Assembly: GCA_028023455.1 (NCBI GenBank)
Contig: JAQFVV010000002.1
Span: 19,158,001 to 19,222,000, forward strand
Direction: 5' to 3'
Length of the DNA: 64,000 nucleotides
From: Epiperipatus broadwayi
Lineage: Eukaryota; Animalia; Onychophora
In this document: in pieces, positions 13,192 through 26,589 of the stretch
Position numbering within the stretch: the first letter of the stretch is position 1
Layout: each line of letters opens with the position of its first letter
Made by a program: the position numbers and the translations under genes
The notes under the pieces: model-generated
Seen by the model: only the letters and a program-made list of their open reading frames with translations
The model's database searches: none
Told to the model about the DNA's origin: nothing

Positions 13192-13357
13192 TGTCATGTT
13201 ATAGCTAGTACTATAATTACAGACTGACGCCTAGCGGTGACAAGTGAGATTAGCAAGCATGCGACATCGCTCTTATGTTAAAGAATGTGAGTAGTTAATA
13301 AAGTTTGTTAGTTATCTAAACTGTGTGTATTTATTTATTTAGATATTATGTGCGACA
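13192..13357 (+). repeat. 3' LTR preceded by a polypurine tract
   Basis: The PPT aaaaaaagagag lies at about 13179-13190. The LTR matches the 5' LTR up to agatatta, after which the 3' end diverges. Confidence 0.85.
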
Positions 13358-13724
13358 GAAAATGCAGTTTTGAAAACAATTGTTACATATGTTTTCTTTT
13401 AATTTAACATTTTCTTTATGGTTGACGCATTGCAGGCTCATCTTTGGTCATTCTCAGGATTCGGCTCTAACTGTCTTTATCAAGCTTCTTGACAAAGTCA
13501 AGCAGCGAGACTCTCTGCTTTTGCCTGTGGGTCTACATGATGATACTTGGGTGAAAGTTTTATTTTCCTCTTAATCTTATTAAGATATCCTTTTCTCTGC
13601 ATTGACTTTTTCAAGTTTCATTCTGAAAGCTATGTAATTTTTTATAAAGTTTAACTGTATATTACTATGTTACTATGTTTAATAAATTTATTTTAAAACT
13701 AAAACTTAATTTAATAAGCTTGTG

Positions 13725-13970
13725 TTTACAAATGTTATATATAGAGCTTGCAAAACAAACTCTTAACAAGCTTTATAGAATACCCCTAACCTCAGACCGG
13801 TTTCTGCTACAGGTGTCCTCAGTGAGGTGCTAGAATATTCAATTATTAGATTAAAAATACTAGAACAAGCCCAGCACTTTATCTAATGTATAACTATTAA
13901 GTAGAAACTCTGAAATTTTCAGACATCCATGTTCTTCCAATCCAGCTATCTAACTTAAATAGCCATATGG
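13725..13970 (-). mobile_element. Family B hammerhead repeat
   Basis: Hammerhead at 13789-13828: ACCTCA CTGAGGA CAC-CTGTA-GCA GAAA CCGG TC TGAGGT, with a perfect 6-bp stem I, ACCGGT palindrome and mutated stem II. Confidence 0.8.
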
Positions 13971-14269
13971 AAGACTTTCATTCAGTATAATATCTTCCAG
14001 ATCATTTCTCTCACTATACGTTTACTTCATGAGAAACTCTCATTTGTCAGGTGAATTAAAGATTTGGAATATATGAATACCAAAACAGCCACCTAACAAA
14101 TGAGGATTTTTCATGAAATATGTGCATAGTGAGAGAGATCAGTGTGGAATATTTTATAATGAGCAATTCTTTAAGATGTTATAAATTTGAAAGATTTGAT
14201 TGATTACAAATATTTATCAGATTCTTTCATCAATTGGTTTATTTACATTAATGGAATCAGTGTGACTTA

Positions 14270-14610
14270 AAGCTAACACGCGTAAGATAATAAGATTGGC
14301 ACCAACAAGGGCTTTGAGCATTCCATCGTAAGATTTTCAATGATATGTATGACTGATGAGTTGGAGGGTAGAGAAGATTAAAGCCTGTTCATTAAAGTTT
14401 GAAGATTTGCTATCTTAATATAAACTGAGCACGGATTATATATATATGTGGAGATGATCTGGACCAACTGATGAGTGCTGGTTTAGCACAAAATATGTTT
14501 ATTGGAGATCATTTATCTTTTTTATATGTATGTGGTCTAGGTTGTATAAGATGGAGTGAATAGCTGTAGGGAGCTGGAAAGTCTGAGTTCAAATCTCTTA
14601 TAATTATATT
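14270..14610 (+). mobile_element. Family C hammerhead repeat
   Basis: Homologous to 2510-3014. Hammerhead at 14464-14505: CCAA CTGATGA GTGCT-GGTTT-AGCAC AAAA TATGTTTA TTGG (G12A). Confidence 0.75.
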
Positions 14611-14939
14611 AATGGAGATAACCGATTTCTAAGCTGACAGATTAGTATTTTTCTAGTTGCTGAAGAGGTATACAATTTTCATAGAAAGCTGCTTTATAAA
14701 ATGCTTTATACATTATGCACTATTCATTTTATTCCTACTGTCTTTTAAATTGATGAAATATTTTTCCAGCATGCTACTTGATTCTGAGTAGCAAGGAAAA
14801 ATTTGCAGAATGCTACCTATTTCAAGCAGTAAGATGAAGTGAATAAAATACACCACTGTTATCAAGTATCAATGAATTGCAAAAATTCTCTCAAAAGTAT
14901 CAACTCTTTAATGCATTTTCATTTTTGAGTCGTCTATAT

Positions 14940-15313
14940 CAGAGGTGCACAAACCGTAGGTCATGACTCCTCAGGGGGTCACCTAAAAATTTTAGGGTTG
15001 CAAAAAAATTTTAAGAAATTGTTAAATTTTGGATAACTTTTTTTTTTTGAAAATAAATTGTTTTTGTATATATAATTATTTACATTTATAAGTATATGAT
15101 TTTTTTCAAAAAATGCATTTCAAATTGTATGTGCTTAATACCAAAATATTAGAAAATATAAATTTGTATAATAATTAAAACTACTATCTTTTTATTAAGA
15201 ATATCTTTTCATACTCATTCTAATAATTAGGCATGGTAAAAACAAAGAATGGAGAGAGTCAAATTTTCATCCAAGGAAGGGGGTCACAAGTGTAAAAAGA
15301 TTGTGCATCACTG
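14940..15313. mobile_element. hAT-type MITE
   Basis: 13-bp imperfect TIRs CAGAGGTGCACAA / TTGTGCATCACTG, subterminal ggggtcac motifs at both ends, and a TSD-like gtctatat / gcctatac offset by one base. Confidence 0.6.
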
Positions 15314-17939
15314 CCTATACTATTATTAAAAGAAAGTGTTTACCAAAAAAGAATCAGCATGGGTAATATGAATTCTTTGCATGAATTTTAAGTCTATAGT
15401 TTATATTCTTTTGCCGAAAGCTTATCTTATTTTGGCATTACGTACATCTTGAAAAGTTATCTTTTTGATCATTATTAATTTTTGCACAACATGCATAGAA
15501 TCAAGTCAACATTTTACTAAGCTTTGGTTGTTTGTCATTGAAAAGATTCAGCACAGTTTGCCATCCTTTAGAAGTATAAGAATGCAGCCTTGATTTATGA
15601 CTAATTCATATTTGGTTTACAAATAAATCCGGTATTAAATTTGATTTTTCAAATCTCATTTCCAAATCTGTTAAAGAGTTCATTATGACAACAATTTTTC
15701 AATTTGCAATAGGTGACTTACAATAATCTATGAGATTGACCTCCTCTCTTCTCCTTTCATTTCCTCTTAAATTGAACATCAAAAAAAAATGCATCAGTGC
15801 ATAAAATTTATTTGCATTTTTAATATTAAGAATATAAATATATGACAATAAAACCTTTTTGTCAGCTAGTCATTCTAATGCTAAAACAATTGGGAGTAAA
15901 TTTCTTTGTTCCCACTAATAAACTGTGATTCAAATGAACACAATTACTGATATTTTTGTAGCCAGTTAGCTATAAGTTTTTAAGCAATGAAGCTTTGTAT
16001 TAACATTAAAACATAACCTACAGAATATTCACCTTCAATACTGAAGTATGAAATAGTTATGCATGTACTATTTTGAGAAATATGGTAATATATAACTTTT
16101 CAACTGTTAAGAAATATATTAGCATCTTGCTTTTTCCTGATTTGGATCTCAATTTCAATTATTAACCTTTTTCAAAAGATCTTTAGGACTTTCTTTTTTG
16201 AAAACTCTTTACTCTCAGATAAGAAAGTAGAACATTCACAAATAGAAATATAGATGCATTTTACAGCAACAGCTAATCAAGTTAATCACAGAAAACTGGT
16301 CTGGTCTTTTATAGTTTCAATCTTGATCTTACTTTCATCAATAATTACAGATTTTAAAAATGAGGTCTAATAATACGAAGCATTGAAAAAAAAAAAAAAA
16401 AATTCACTTTGTAGAGTTCATAAACTTTTTGCTCACACACTAATATATATATATATATAAAATAAAGGAGAAAGAAAAAAAAATAATGAAGTTAATTCTG
16501 GTTGTATAAAAGTTAAATGGTATCAATGCAGTTAGATAGCATATTAATTGATGATCCCCAATGCACTTAGCAATGGTTATTAAAACTAATTCTTAGAAAA
16601 AAGGTGGAATTATATAATTAATATGTTTTATGATGAAATTGGATGGAGATCATCTAGCCCATGTATAATCATAAAGCGTTTTAAAAATTAAAATTATGAG
16701 CAAAATTATCGGGTCAGAAAAGTTACAAGTCTTTTTATTACTTTCGTGTTTCATTCCTAATAATAAAGTACATAAAAATTTTTAGAAAATAAAAAAAAGG
16801 ATGTACCTATTACAAAAAAAAATAGATACTCTATTCACTCAGATAAAAATAATGAATTTTTTTATTATTTATCTAGTAGTAATATTTGAATTAAGCATAA
16901 TTCATACACTTGGACTAATTAAATAATTTTCTAGTCAATCATTGTGTTTATAAAGAAATTAAAATTAAATTTGGTAAAAAAAGTTAACCAATGAAATTAG
17001 AGATAAAAAGAATATTTTTGTGCTTTTTAATGTTTTCTTGTAAAAACAAATATGAAAAAGAAAAAAAATGCAATTAGTTTAAAATCTAATCAGTACCTGA
17101 ATTTATAGTTTGATCATGGATAGCGTGATATATAAATCAATGATAAACAACAGTTTTGTTGGGTTTTTTTTGAGATGGAGTTTTCCCAGTTTTAAAAGAG
17201 CTATGACATCAACTCAGTCAAGGATTCATGGATCATCTCAACCACCTAAGAAATTGTTTTTTAACAGAATTCCAAAAAGTTAAGATGGTTAGAATGGCAT
17301 ATCCAGTTATTTAAGAAGTTGTTAATGTGTAAATTATAAACCCAGCTACCATGGAACCCCCTACCATGAATGAAAGTCTCACTGTGAAAATTTTCATTAA
17401 TACACTAGTTTATTAACCTTGGTTCTGTGTAGTTTCCTGCTGTTCCAGTTATAAAAGGGCATTACTCCTGCCCACATCAACAGTGGATGAAACAAAACAA
17501 GCAGTGCCTTTTATCTTTTGCCCAATTTTTTGTTTGGTACTGTATCCATTATGAATGCATAATCCTTCTGTATCAACATTCTATGTGGGAAAGAACCTAA
17601 GAAAGTACACTAAAAGAAGTCTTGAACTTTGCTAATAGAGACTGTCCTGTAGATAAATTTTTCAAAAATATTTGAATATATTTTTATAACTGAATAACAG
17701 TAGTGGTAACATCAGAATTCTGATAATATGGTAAGAGCTACTTTAATTTAGAATGCAACACTTTCAAAATTAAATTAGTACAATAAAATTGATTGTAATT
17801 TTCTTTGATTAATATTTAACATATAGTGCTAGTAAAGAGTGAACGAAGAGCTGAAATCTAAGTAAGCTAGGGAGAGATTTGAACCTGACCTGTAAATGTT
17901 TCTCATTTTAGATATGGCACCCCAATCTGCAATATAGCA

Positions 17940-19858
17940 GATCATCATCATCATCATCATCATCAACCATTATCAATCCACTGCAGGATGAAGGTCTCTC
18001 CAAGTTTAATCCATCTTCTCCGATCTTTAGCCTCCCTTTTCCACAACACCCCTGAACACTTTCTTATTTCATCCATCCATCTCACATGTGGTCTCTTTCT
18101 GGATCTTTTACAATCTCTTGGAATCCAGTTTAAAATTTCAATTGTCCATCTATTATCATTTCTTCTAGCAATATGTCCAGCCTAACTCCATTTCAATCTT
18201 TTATTTTTTTCAATAAACTCAGTAACACCTGTTTGTTGTCTTACCCATACATTGCGTTTTCGATCTCTTCTTGTTACTCCCAACATACATCTCTCCTTAC
18301 TCCTTTGAGTGGTCTGAAGTCTCTGTATTGCTCTTCTATTAAGTGTCCAAGTCTCAGATCCATAAGTAAGAACTGGTAAAACACATTTGTTAAAAACCAT
18401 TCTTTTCAAACACATAGGCATATTTCCTTTTAGTATCAAGTTATTTCTACCAAAAGCACTCCAACCAAGTTTAATTCTATGGTTAATTTCCTCCATTATG
18501 TTTCCATCTGTATTAATAATCTGACCTAGGTATTTGTAACTGTTAACTTCTTCTAATTCTTCATAATCAATCTTTATTTTCGTATTTTGAGCAAATCGAT
18601 TAAACATTACTTTAGTCTTTTTAACATTTATCTTTAGTCCTACTTTTCTACTGTCATCTGCTAACTCCTGCAACATTTCCTGCAGCTCTGAAGCATTATT
18701 TGCAAAAACAACTACATCATCTGCAAAATCTAAATGACTTAAATACTCTCCATTTACTTTCATTCCTTTAGTTTCCCATTTTAATTCACAAAATACTTCT
18801 TGCAGCACTGCTGTAAAAAGTTTTGGAGATATGGAGTCACCTTGCCTTACACCTTTCTCAATGTTGATTTTTCCAGTATCATTATGTAATCTAATTGTTG
18901 CTGTTGCATTTGTATAAATATTCTTTAAAATATGACAATATCCTGGATCTATACCTTGATGATCCAATGCTTTAATCACTGAAAAAATGTGTATAGAATC
19001 GAATGCCTTTTCATAATCTACAAATCCAAAACATAATGACAACTCATATTCATTTGTCCTTTCTATGACTTCTCTCAATACCTGGATATGATCTATTGTA
19101 CTAAAACCACTTTTAAATCCAGCTTGTTCTCTTGGTTGGTGGAAATCCAAAGTTCTCTGTAGACGAGTTGTAATTATCTTGGTAAAAATTTTATATAAAA
19201 CTGATAAAAGGCTGATAGGTCTGTAATTTCTAATATCTTCTTTATCACCTTTTTTAAATATTAATATTATTACTGCATTCTTCCAATCTTCTGGTACATC
19301 TTTATCATTTAGACATTTGGTATATAACTTTGCTAAAATTGTTTCTATTTCTTCACCTCCTTCTTTTAATATATCAATTATAATTCCATCATTTCCTGGA
19401 GCCTTTCCTTTCTTCATACATTTAATTGCATGTCTCACTTCTTCATTTAAAATTCTGGGCAATTCGGAAGATGTAATAGATATAGGAGGTACTTCTTCTT
19501 TATTACTATATAATTCTTGATAAAAATCTTCTGCCAATTTCATGATGTCATCTCTCTTTTTAGTAATAATTCCATCTTTTTTTCTTATTGCAGATATAAA
19601 TTTCCTACCAATACCAAAATGTTGTTTAACATTCTTGAGACTTTTATTTTCTTCTACAGCTTTCCTTGCTATTTCACAGTTATACTTTCTTATATCATTT
19701 TCAACTCTTTTCCGTACCATTTTACAAAATTCGAGATATTCAATTCTTTTTAATACATCATTTTTGTATATCTTCATATTCCTTTTTTTCTTCATAAATT
19801 CTCTAGTCTCAGTAGAAATTACAAATAAATAAATAATATCTATAGTCACAATGAACAT
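17940..19858 (-). mobile_element. 5'-truncated RTE-clade LINE with (GAT)n tail
   Basis: 558-aa ORF with RT motifs (KAPG, NYRPISLL, EQAGF, FVDYEKAFD, GVRQGD, FADD). A TGG>TAG stop at KRLKWS* is followed by in-frame AGHIAR. The 3' (GAT)n microsatellite lies at 17940-17965. Confidence 0.95.
18182..19858 (-). CDS. RTE reverse transcriptase ORF (truncated, premature stop)
   Basis: Complete RT domain motifs as listed for the element. The endonuclease domain is missing. Confidence 0.9.
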   Translation of the reverse strand: MFIVTIDIIYLFVISTETREFMKKKRNMKIYKNDVLKRIEYLEFCKMVRKRVENDIRKYNCEIARKAVEENKSLKNVKQHFGIGRKFISAIRKKDGIITKKRDDIMKLAEDFYQELYSNKEEVPPISITSSELPRILNEEVRHAIKCMKKGKAPGNDGIIIDILKEGGEEIETILAKLYTKCLNDKDVPEDWKNAVIILIFKKGDKEDIRNYRPISLLSVLYKIFTKIITTRLQRTLDFHQPREQAGFKSGFSTIDHIQVLREVIERTNEYELSLCFGFVDYEKAFDSIHIFSVIKALDHQGIDPGYCHILKNIYTNATATIRLHNDTGKINIEKGVRQGDSISPKLFTAVLQEVFCELKWETKGMKVNGEYLSHLDFADDVVVFANNASELQEMLQELADDSRKVGLKINVKKTKVMFNRFAQNTKIKIDYEELEEVNSYKYLGQIINTDGNIMEEINHRIKLGWSAFGRNNLILKGNMPMCLKRMVFNKCVLPVLTYGSETWTLNRRAIQRLQTTQRSKERCMLGVTRRDRKRNVWVRQQTGVTEFIEKNKRLKWS

Positions 19859-21571
19859 GTTGGATGTAAATGATGATTAGGAAATATGGCTGGTTATCCG
19901 GTCTGACCATCATAGTTAATTAGGAAATTCAATTCAGATATAATCAAATGTGAATTCCTGACATCCATTAACTCCAGGCATTAAATCCTCATACATTCTT
20001 ATGTAATAATGTATAGTTCTAAAAAGGGAACAGTCCAGAGATACTCAATGTAGTTATTCCTAACACCCCTTAACTCCAAGATTTAAAATCCTCATACATT
20101 CTAATATAGTAATGCATAATTCTGAAAAGGGGAGTAAGAACCTAGGCCTGTTTTAACTTCCAGATCATATAATGCTGCAACTATTTTGGCTTAAAATATG
20201 CCAGAAAGTGAAGATATAGATAGAACATCTGTGTGCAATAAGCTTGATTAATTGTTGATTTTCATAAAATGCAATTATTAAATTGAGTTTTGCAAACAGT
20301 CTCTCATATATGTTTGGCATTTGATATAAAAGTGTTTTTAGGAAGCATAAAGTGTAATGTGACAATCACTGAAAATTCTCATTATTCTTCTGAGTTTATA
20401 AAAGACCTCAATTAGTGTCGATCATTCTAATTCCCATATTAAAATCATATAATATTTTTTTCCTTTGAAGCAACTAGAACATTTTCTGGCTTAGTTCTAA
20501 TTACTTTTTATTCCAATTAGAATAGCTCTAAAAACATATTTTCAATTTCACTTCTCAATACAATCTTATTAATATAAGTTAAATCACTCCTAAAGATTTG
20601 AACAACTCATGCCCCATGAATGGTTCTATTTTACTCAATGTAATGTTAAAAGACATTTCTCACATTTAAATTCCAAAAACTTTCCAAATACTGAAAGTTG
20701 CTTTTCACCTTATAACTTATATGAATCTATCTTGTAATTTTTGTCCATATTTCATATGGGAATAATGCTATAACAACTTTGTCAAATTTAAAATTTTAAT
20801 ACTTTCTAACTTGCATGGCATATTTCCTAGTAAAATTTCATTTTGTTTTTTATTTTTTACATCGTGGACTCTTTTTTCAGTTGAATTTTGCTCACACATT
20901 TTCTTTAAAATTATGAACTATGTCTTTTTCTTCAATATTACCTTCCTAGGCATAATAGCAGCATTTTTTTTTCTATTGATTATATGCAAATAAAATTAAT
21001 ATATGTATAAAGAAAAGTTTAAATTACATTAGATAAGCATGTGATAAAATCACAACACATTTCAATTTGAGCAATACAATACGTTGTCAACACCAGTAGT
21101 ATAAAAGTGGAGCTAAATGGGAAAAAAGCAGCAGTTTACATGAGTACATGTTTAAATTATCTATAATTACTTTAAAAGTCTGCTATTTCACAAAAAGACC
21201 AAGCTATAATATTGCACAACTAAAGACTGCCAAATTTTGTTCAAGATTTTCCTGGGTAAAAGCAGTTATGGTTTTTATTTTCATTTTTACTTCAGTCTAT
21301 GTTTTCTCTGACTATCAATGATCTAATATTCCTTGAACTGATTACTAATTATGTTTCGTTTGTTTCTCAAACTTCTTATCTTGCTTTTCTGCTAATTTAT
21401 TATTCTTTTGATAATTGTTTTTTTTTTTTTGTTACAAATCAGGCTGAGAGATCTCTACAAATAATTATTTTAAAAGCATTTTAAAAAGAAGTTACTATAT
21501 AAATTGTCTGGTTTTTTAAATGTAAAATCACATGGATGGGGGAGGTGCATTTTACTTAAGACCAATGTAAT

Positions 21572-21782
21572 AAATAATTGTTAATGAACACATATGCAGA
21601 AAAGATAGATTTTTAAATACAGCTTTATTACTGCCTAGCATAAGTTCGATATATCATGTATATCATATTCATAGCTTATAGTACCATGATATATATGACA
21701 TAACGAAAGCATGTTAGGCAGTAATAAAGTTGAATATTTAAAAATATATCTTTTCTGTGTGTGTGTTCATTAACAGTCATTT
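21572..21782. repeat. Foldback with arms of about 70 bp and hammerhead-like 3' halves at the arm ends
   Basis: ttaatgaacac...ctgcctagcat pairs with atgttaggcag...gtgttcattaa. CGAAAGCATGTTAGGCAG sits at the start of the right arm. No CTGANGA is visible. Confidence 0.65.
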
Positions 21783-24700
21783 ACTATGTTAGCTTAGAAA
21801 AGAAGAAAATAATTTATTGTTGAATTAACACCATGTCTAAACAGAAAGCAAAAAATATCACATGATGGTGATACATTAAAACAATAATTGACTTTCTTGA
21901 TTAGAGAATTGTAATATATACTGGTTGATTTAGTAAGCTTGTGTAAATAATTTATAATGTCATGGTTCAAAATGATAATGGAGAAACATTTACTTGTCCT
22001 AAATATAGCCTATTTTGTTTTTTCCCATCTTCTAAGAAACATCTAAGTATTCTCCAAAAAAATTCTTTAACTATTTTTATTGAACATAAAAAACTTCTAT
22101 TTATTTGTTACATACAAAATAAAGATAGAAATATATATGCAGTATATACTTAAGGAAATAGGAAGTCATAAGTATCATGACTGAACATAAATACTAATAT
22201 AGCTGAAGTTCTACATATCTGGTAAATATGAAATTAGTTTTTTAATCTACAAATTTTACAAATAATAAAAGGTTAATTTTATCTTCAGAGCAATGTCATT
22301 AACATCAAAATTAAAAAACTTACGTCAAAAAAAAAAAATATTAAAGTCTATTTACAAAAAACATATCCTTTATGCAAACTTTTAATAAATAGTAATTCAT
22401 CATTGATCCATTCACCTATAATATTACATTATGCAAAGTAATGAACAATAGAAATTGCTATTTTTTTAACTTATATTTGAAATTAATTCTAGAACAATAG
22501 TAACATATTTAATTTTTTTAGCTTATACAATATATAATACACAAAAGAAGCTCTACAGTAATGGAAGATGCATCTATTACCAAATGGTGAGTGCCTAACT
22601 CTTAGCTTAACCTCTCAAAAATAATAAAATCAGTAAACAAAAATACCTGTCACATGGATAGTAGCTGCTATTGTATTATTATATGCAAACATTCATATTA
22701 ATAATAAATCTCAGGGATTATCCAGCATTTAAAAATAAAATATGATAAATGTGTCAAGCATAATATCACCACTGCCAAAATAATATTTCACCTACATATT
22801 ATTTCTCCTCCTCTTTTAAATACTCTTAGGCATCCCTATGATACAGTTTCTTAAATTATGACAGAATACAAATGGGTATTTGATATTGTATTCAGCACAT
22901 ACCTTACAGCATATAAACAGAGCTGTGCAAGTAGCGCAAAGAAGCTCTAACCCAATTTTAACATAAACAGTATTCACTTAATGAACTGTAATAAAATATA
23001 ATGAAATTTTTAATACTAAAATTATACTAATATGATTATACTAATATGACCGCTTTAATAGATTAAATGTGACAGTGATGATGATAAGTAAAATGCAAAG
23101 CCTTTATTTAAAAAATAATAATCAAATAATTTATTAAACAGAATAAAATGCAAAAGATAGAACAAATAAAATATATAAAATATTTATGTTAATATTATGC
23201 CAATGTTTTTACATAACAATGTTTTTTTTATATGTGTGCTGTTCTAAAGAAAAGATTGCAGGTACTGATGTGTTATGGAAGTGTTGTTTACACAAATACA
23301 CAAATCAATAAAAAAGGTTCCCTATAGGTAATCTAATATATCCTTGTTATTCTAAGATTTATTAAATTAAATAAGCTTTATCTATGATCTATAGATCCCC
23401 AATATTTCCTATATTCATACTGTTAAAATGGTACCGTCTTATTAATTTTCTTATTTAGGAACATTTATTTTACACTAAACAAGTGTAATATCTACATGAC
23501 CCATTTATACAATGTTAAAATCTCAAACAAAACATTCTACTTGACTTGTAATCATGGAATAATTATTTTTTATTAAATTTTGCATTATTGTTACAAATAC
23601 ATTTCAGCTACATATGCATTATTCATTCATTTATATTAACGGTTACACACTTCGATACAATGGGACGTATGACAATAAAATGTGCAGTATATAAAACAAT
23701 AGAATCTCATACCCAACAGGCCAATTTAAGAATATTTTATTTAACACTTATAAAAATAAAAGGAACAACCTATCTTTATACAATACATTCAAATATTGCA
23801 CTAGTTTGAATAAAAGAAAACATATTAGCTCATATGACTATCATGATGAGAACATCAATTAATCTAACTACTTATGCGTGAAAATTTATGAATAATTTTA
23901 TCCGAGTTAATGTGCACATTTTATTACTTCCAATAGGTTTCATGTTAATAATAGTCCTTCAGATGAATCTAATCATTATTTACTAAGTTTTAAATTTCAC
24001 ATATATATTAAATGGCAAATTCTTTGTTATCCATTTCTAGAAGGTTCATTTCACAGGTGAGATAGAAAAAAATGTTGTTAGTCACATCTATCCATTCAAG
24101 ACACATGATAATGTTGTTTATCACAAATTCTTTTAAAATAATTCATGAAGAAAGTAATTAAACTGGAAATTCCTCAGGCAATTACGTTTCCTTCTTATTT
24201 GTATTAAATAAGCACAGGGCATTGCATCATTTTAATATTTCCACAATTTTGGTTTCTTTCATAAATATGCAAAACAAAGCCATTATGTTACATCAGAAAT
24301 TTCACAGATAATTTTAATTAATGATTTTAAATAATTCCATAGTTAAAAAAAAAATCTTCAAATGGCAAAATTTTTAAACTTTATCAGCCCCAGCTATTAA
24401 AAGCTTAATTATGTTTTAGTAGTAAAGCATTTTGATTGATGATGATGATCAATAGGTATCCACCCTAAAAGGTGAACATCTGATGATTTTCTTTTTTAGA
24501 TGTCCATTATGTTTCAAGCTGCGTAATAACAAATTTAAAATGACAAAATTAAGTAGAGTCTTTCAAGTGAAAAACACTACATGGCACTTGTTTATATAGT
24601 GCTGAGCCCATGATGAAAAAGTGATGTAAATTCAAATTCCTTTTCCACTCAAGTATACTTTGGACATGAAATTTTCATTAGGTAGGTCTGGCAACAGTTT

Positions 24701-25407
24701 ACTTCCAGATGATACTGTCTTCCCGATTGTCTTCTGCACAGTAAAATCTGCCATATTTATAATACAATTTTCATAGAAAAATTATTTCAAATAAAATTAT
24801 TTTCATGACAAATATACAATTATTTACATTTATTTTTATACCAAATGATAATTTATTATCTGATTTTATCCAAATCAATAAGATTAAAATTTCTAAATTA
24901 GCAGTTCTTGTATTATTTTCACTTATTTGTTATCCCTATGGTTTTATATTGAATATATTCTTAATTTCTAAAAAAAACATTTTTATATTATAGCTATGCA
25001 CACATGCAAATACATACATGCACTTTTAAATATTTTGTGGAAGTAAAGTTTGTTTACATGTATTTTTGAACCGAATATAATTCACAGAAATTATCATTAT
25101 GTTGCGATGGATTTCTTTATTTTATTACAAGGCATTCCATTATAAATTATGTCTCTGTGTAATGTGGGATTGGTGACCTAAATTCTTTAATGAATGTTTT
25201 TATCTAATTTTAACTTTGACCGTGATTTTTAAAATTTAGCAACATGTTTATCATTGTTTTAAACTATGATTGCAATTTTGGTAACCTTTAAACAATCGTT
25301 AGTGAATGTTTTTATCTAATTTTAGCTAAGAACCAGATTTTTAAAATTTAGCTTGTTTTAAACTATGATTGGCATTTTGGTAATCCTTAGCAATACTATA
25401 TTCATTC

Positions 25408-25919
25408 TTTTTTTTTTTTCAAAAAAGAATTTTATTAACTAAATCAAAAAAGAATACAATGACAAATCAATCTTTGGACTCGAGTCTTCTGTCAATTAGA
25501 TTTTACAAATGGCCAACCTCAACCCACAGTGTCAGCTTTGCTCAACAGCTGAAGAAAACATTACCCATCTCCTTCATGACTGCCCATTCCTTAGCCCACT
25601 CAGAACTTTCATCCACCAAAAAGTTTCAATAGACTATAGAAACACGCTTTGCATTCAAAATGCCATCAAGACGGGCATTTTTTCGACCATCAGAACATCC
25701 ATTTTCCTCACTTTTGCAGTCTGGCTCACCAGGTGCAAGTACATCTTTGGACAGGCAGATAACAATGTCAGCAATATCTTCTTAAAACTATTAAGCACTT
25801 GTGATAGAGACCGGCTTCTTGCACCAGACTGGCTACACATTGAATCCTGGGTTAGCATAGACTTAGTCGAGTAAGAATTTGCAACCCAGGATCTTCAGTT
25901 ACCAGCCTCAGGCCATTTG
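25408..25919. mobile_element. L1/Tx1-like LINE 3' fragment with 5' inversion, poly(A) and TSD
   Basis: Plus-strand ORF 25509-25874 has a CCHC knuckle (CQLCSTAEENITHLLHDC) and an AVWLTRCKYIF motif. The adjacent segment has AATAAA and poly(A) on the minus strand. TSD ctatattcattc (25396-25407) / ctatattcatac (25920-25931). Confidence 0.7.
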
Positions 25920-26589
25920 CTATATTCATACTTATAATATAAAATGAAAATTTCTGCTTTCATAAAAAAAAAATTTAAATTGATATTAGTTTTAACACTA
26001 TTGAACCAATAAGGTTACTATCACACTATAGTAAGATTGAGTAGTGATAAGGCAGTTAAATTCTAGAACAAGTTTATAGCTTTTGCTTTTATCACTGAAA
26101 CTTAAACTTAGAAATAATGCATTACGAATCTTTTCTTCACATTTAACTCCATTTGATTATTCAAATCTGAAATTCTAAACAGTCTAATGTGGAGATTTAA
26201 ATGCACTTCTATCTGTTGATCACTGACCACCCCATCTTATACAGACAGTACTAGAACAGAAAGCTGCTCTTGTTTATTATGTATTTACATTAAAAAATTA
26301 AATGATTTGTTTTGTTATTAATATTTCTAGTTAAAAATGTCTATGGTTATGAAAGAACTGAGAATATTAAATATAATTATTAATCTGGAGTCAGATCTAT
26401 ATAAAGGTTTAAGCAGAATGGCTTAAAAGTTTTGCATTTCAAGCTCTTAGCTTGAATAGTAAAATGGACAAAGATGGATAACAGATGTATAATCACATTA
26501 TTTTCAAAAAAATCCAGAAACTGGTTTGAGAATGGGAATTTAAATGTGATTCCTCAATCGTATTATAGATTCTAACAGAATAAAGAGCT

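Larger units (their letters stand above)
10635..13357 (+). mobile_element. Internally deleted Ty3/Gypsy LTR retrotransposon carrying a captured coiled-coil segment
   Basis: Matching LTRs at 10635-10808 and from 13192, PBS, PPT, gag with zinc knuckle, DTG protease, N-terminal stub of RT and integrase C-terminal tail (RRPPIYLKDYVCK* near 13130-13172). The RT core, RNase H and integrase core are absent. The 3' LTR end is uncertain and I found no clear TSD. Confidence 0.9.

Noticed and set aside
17988-19832. Plus-strand ORFs overlapping the RTE
   Set aside because: Antisense shadows of the RT ORF with no motifs.
25190-25390. Tandem duplication of about 110 bp (another of about 150 bp lies at 4610-4830)
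   Set aside because: Ordinary local slippage duplications with no structural or coding signal.
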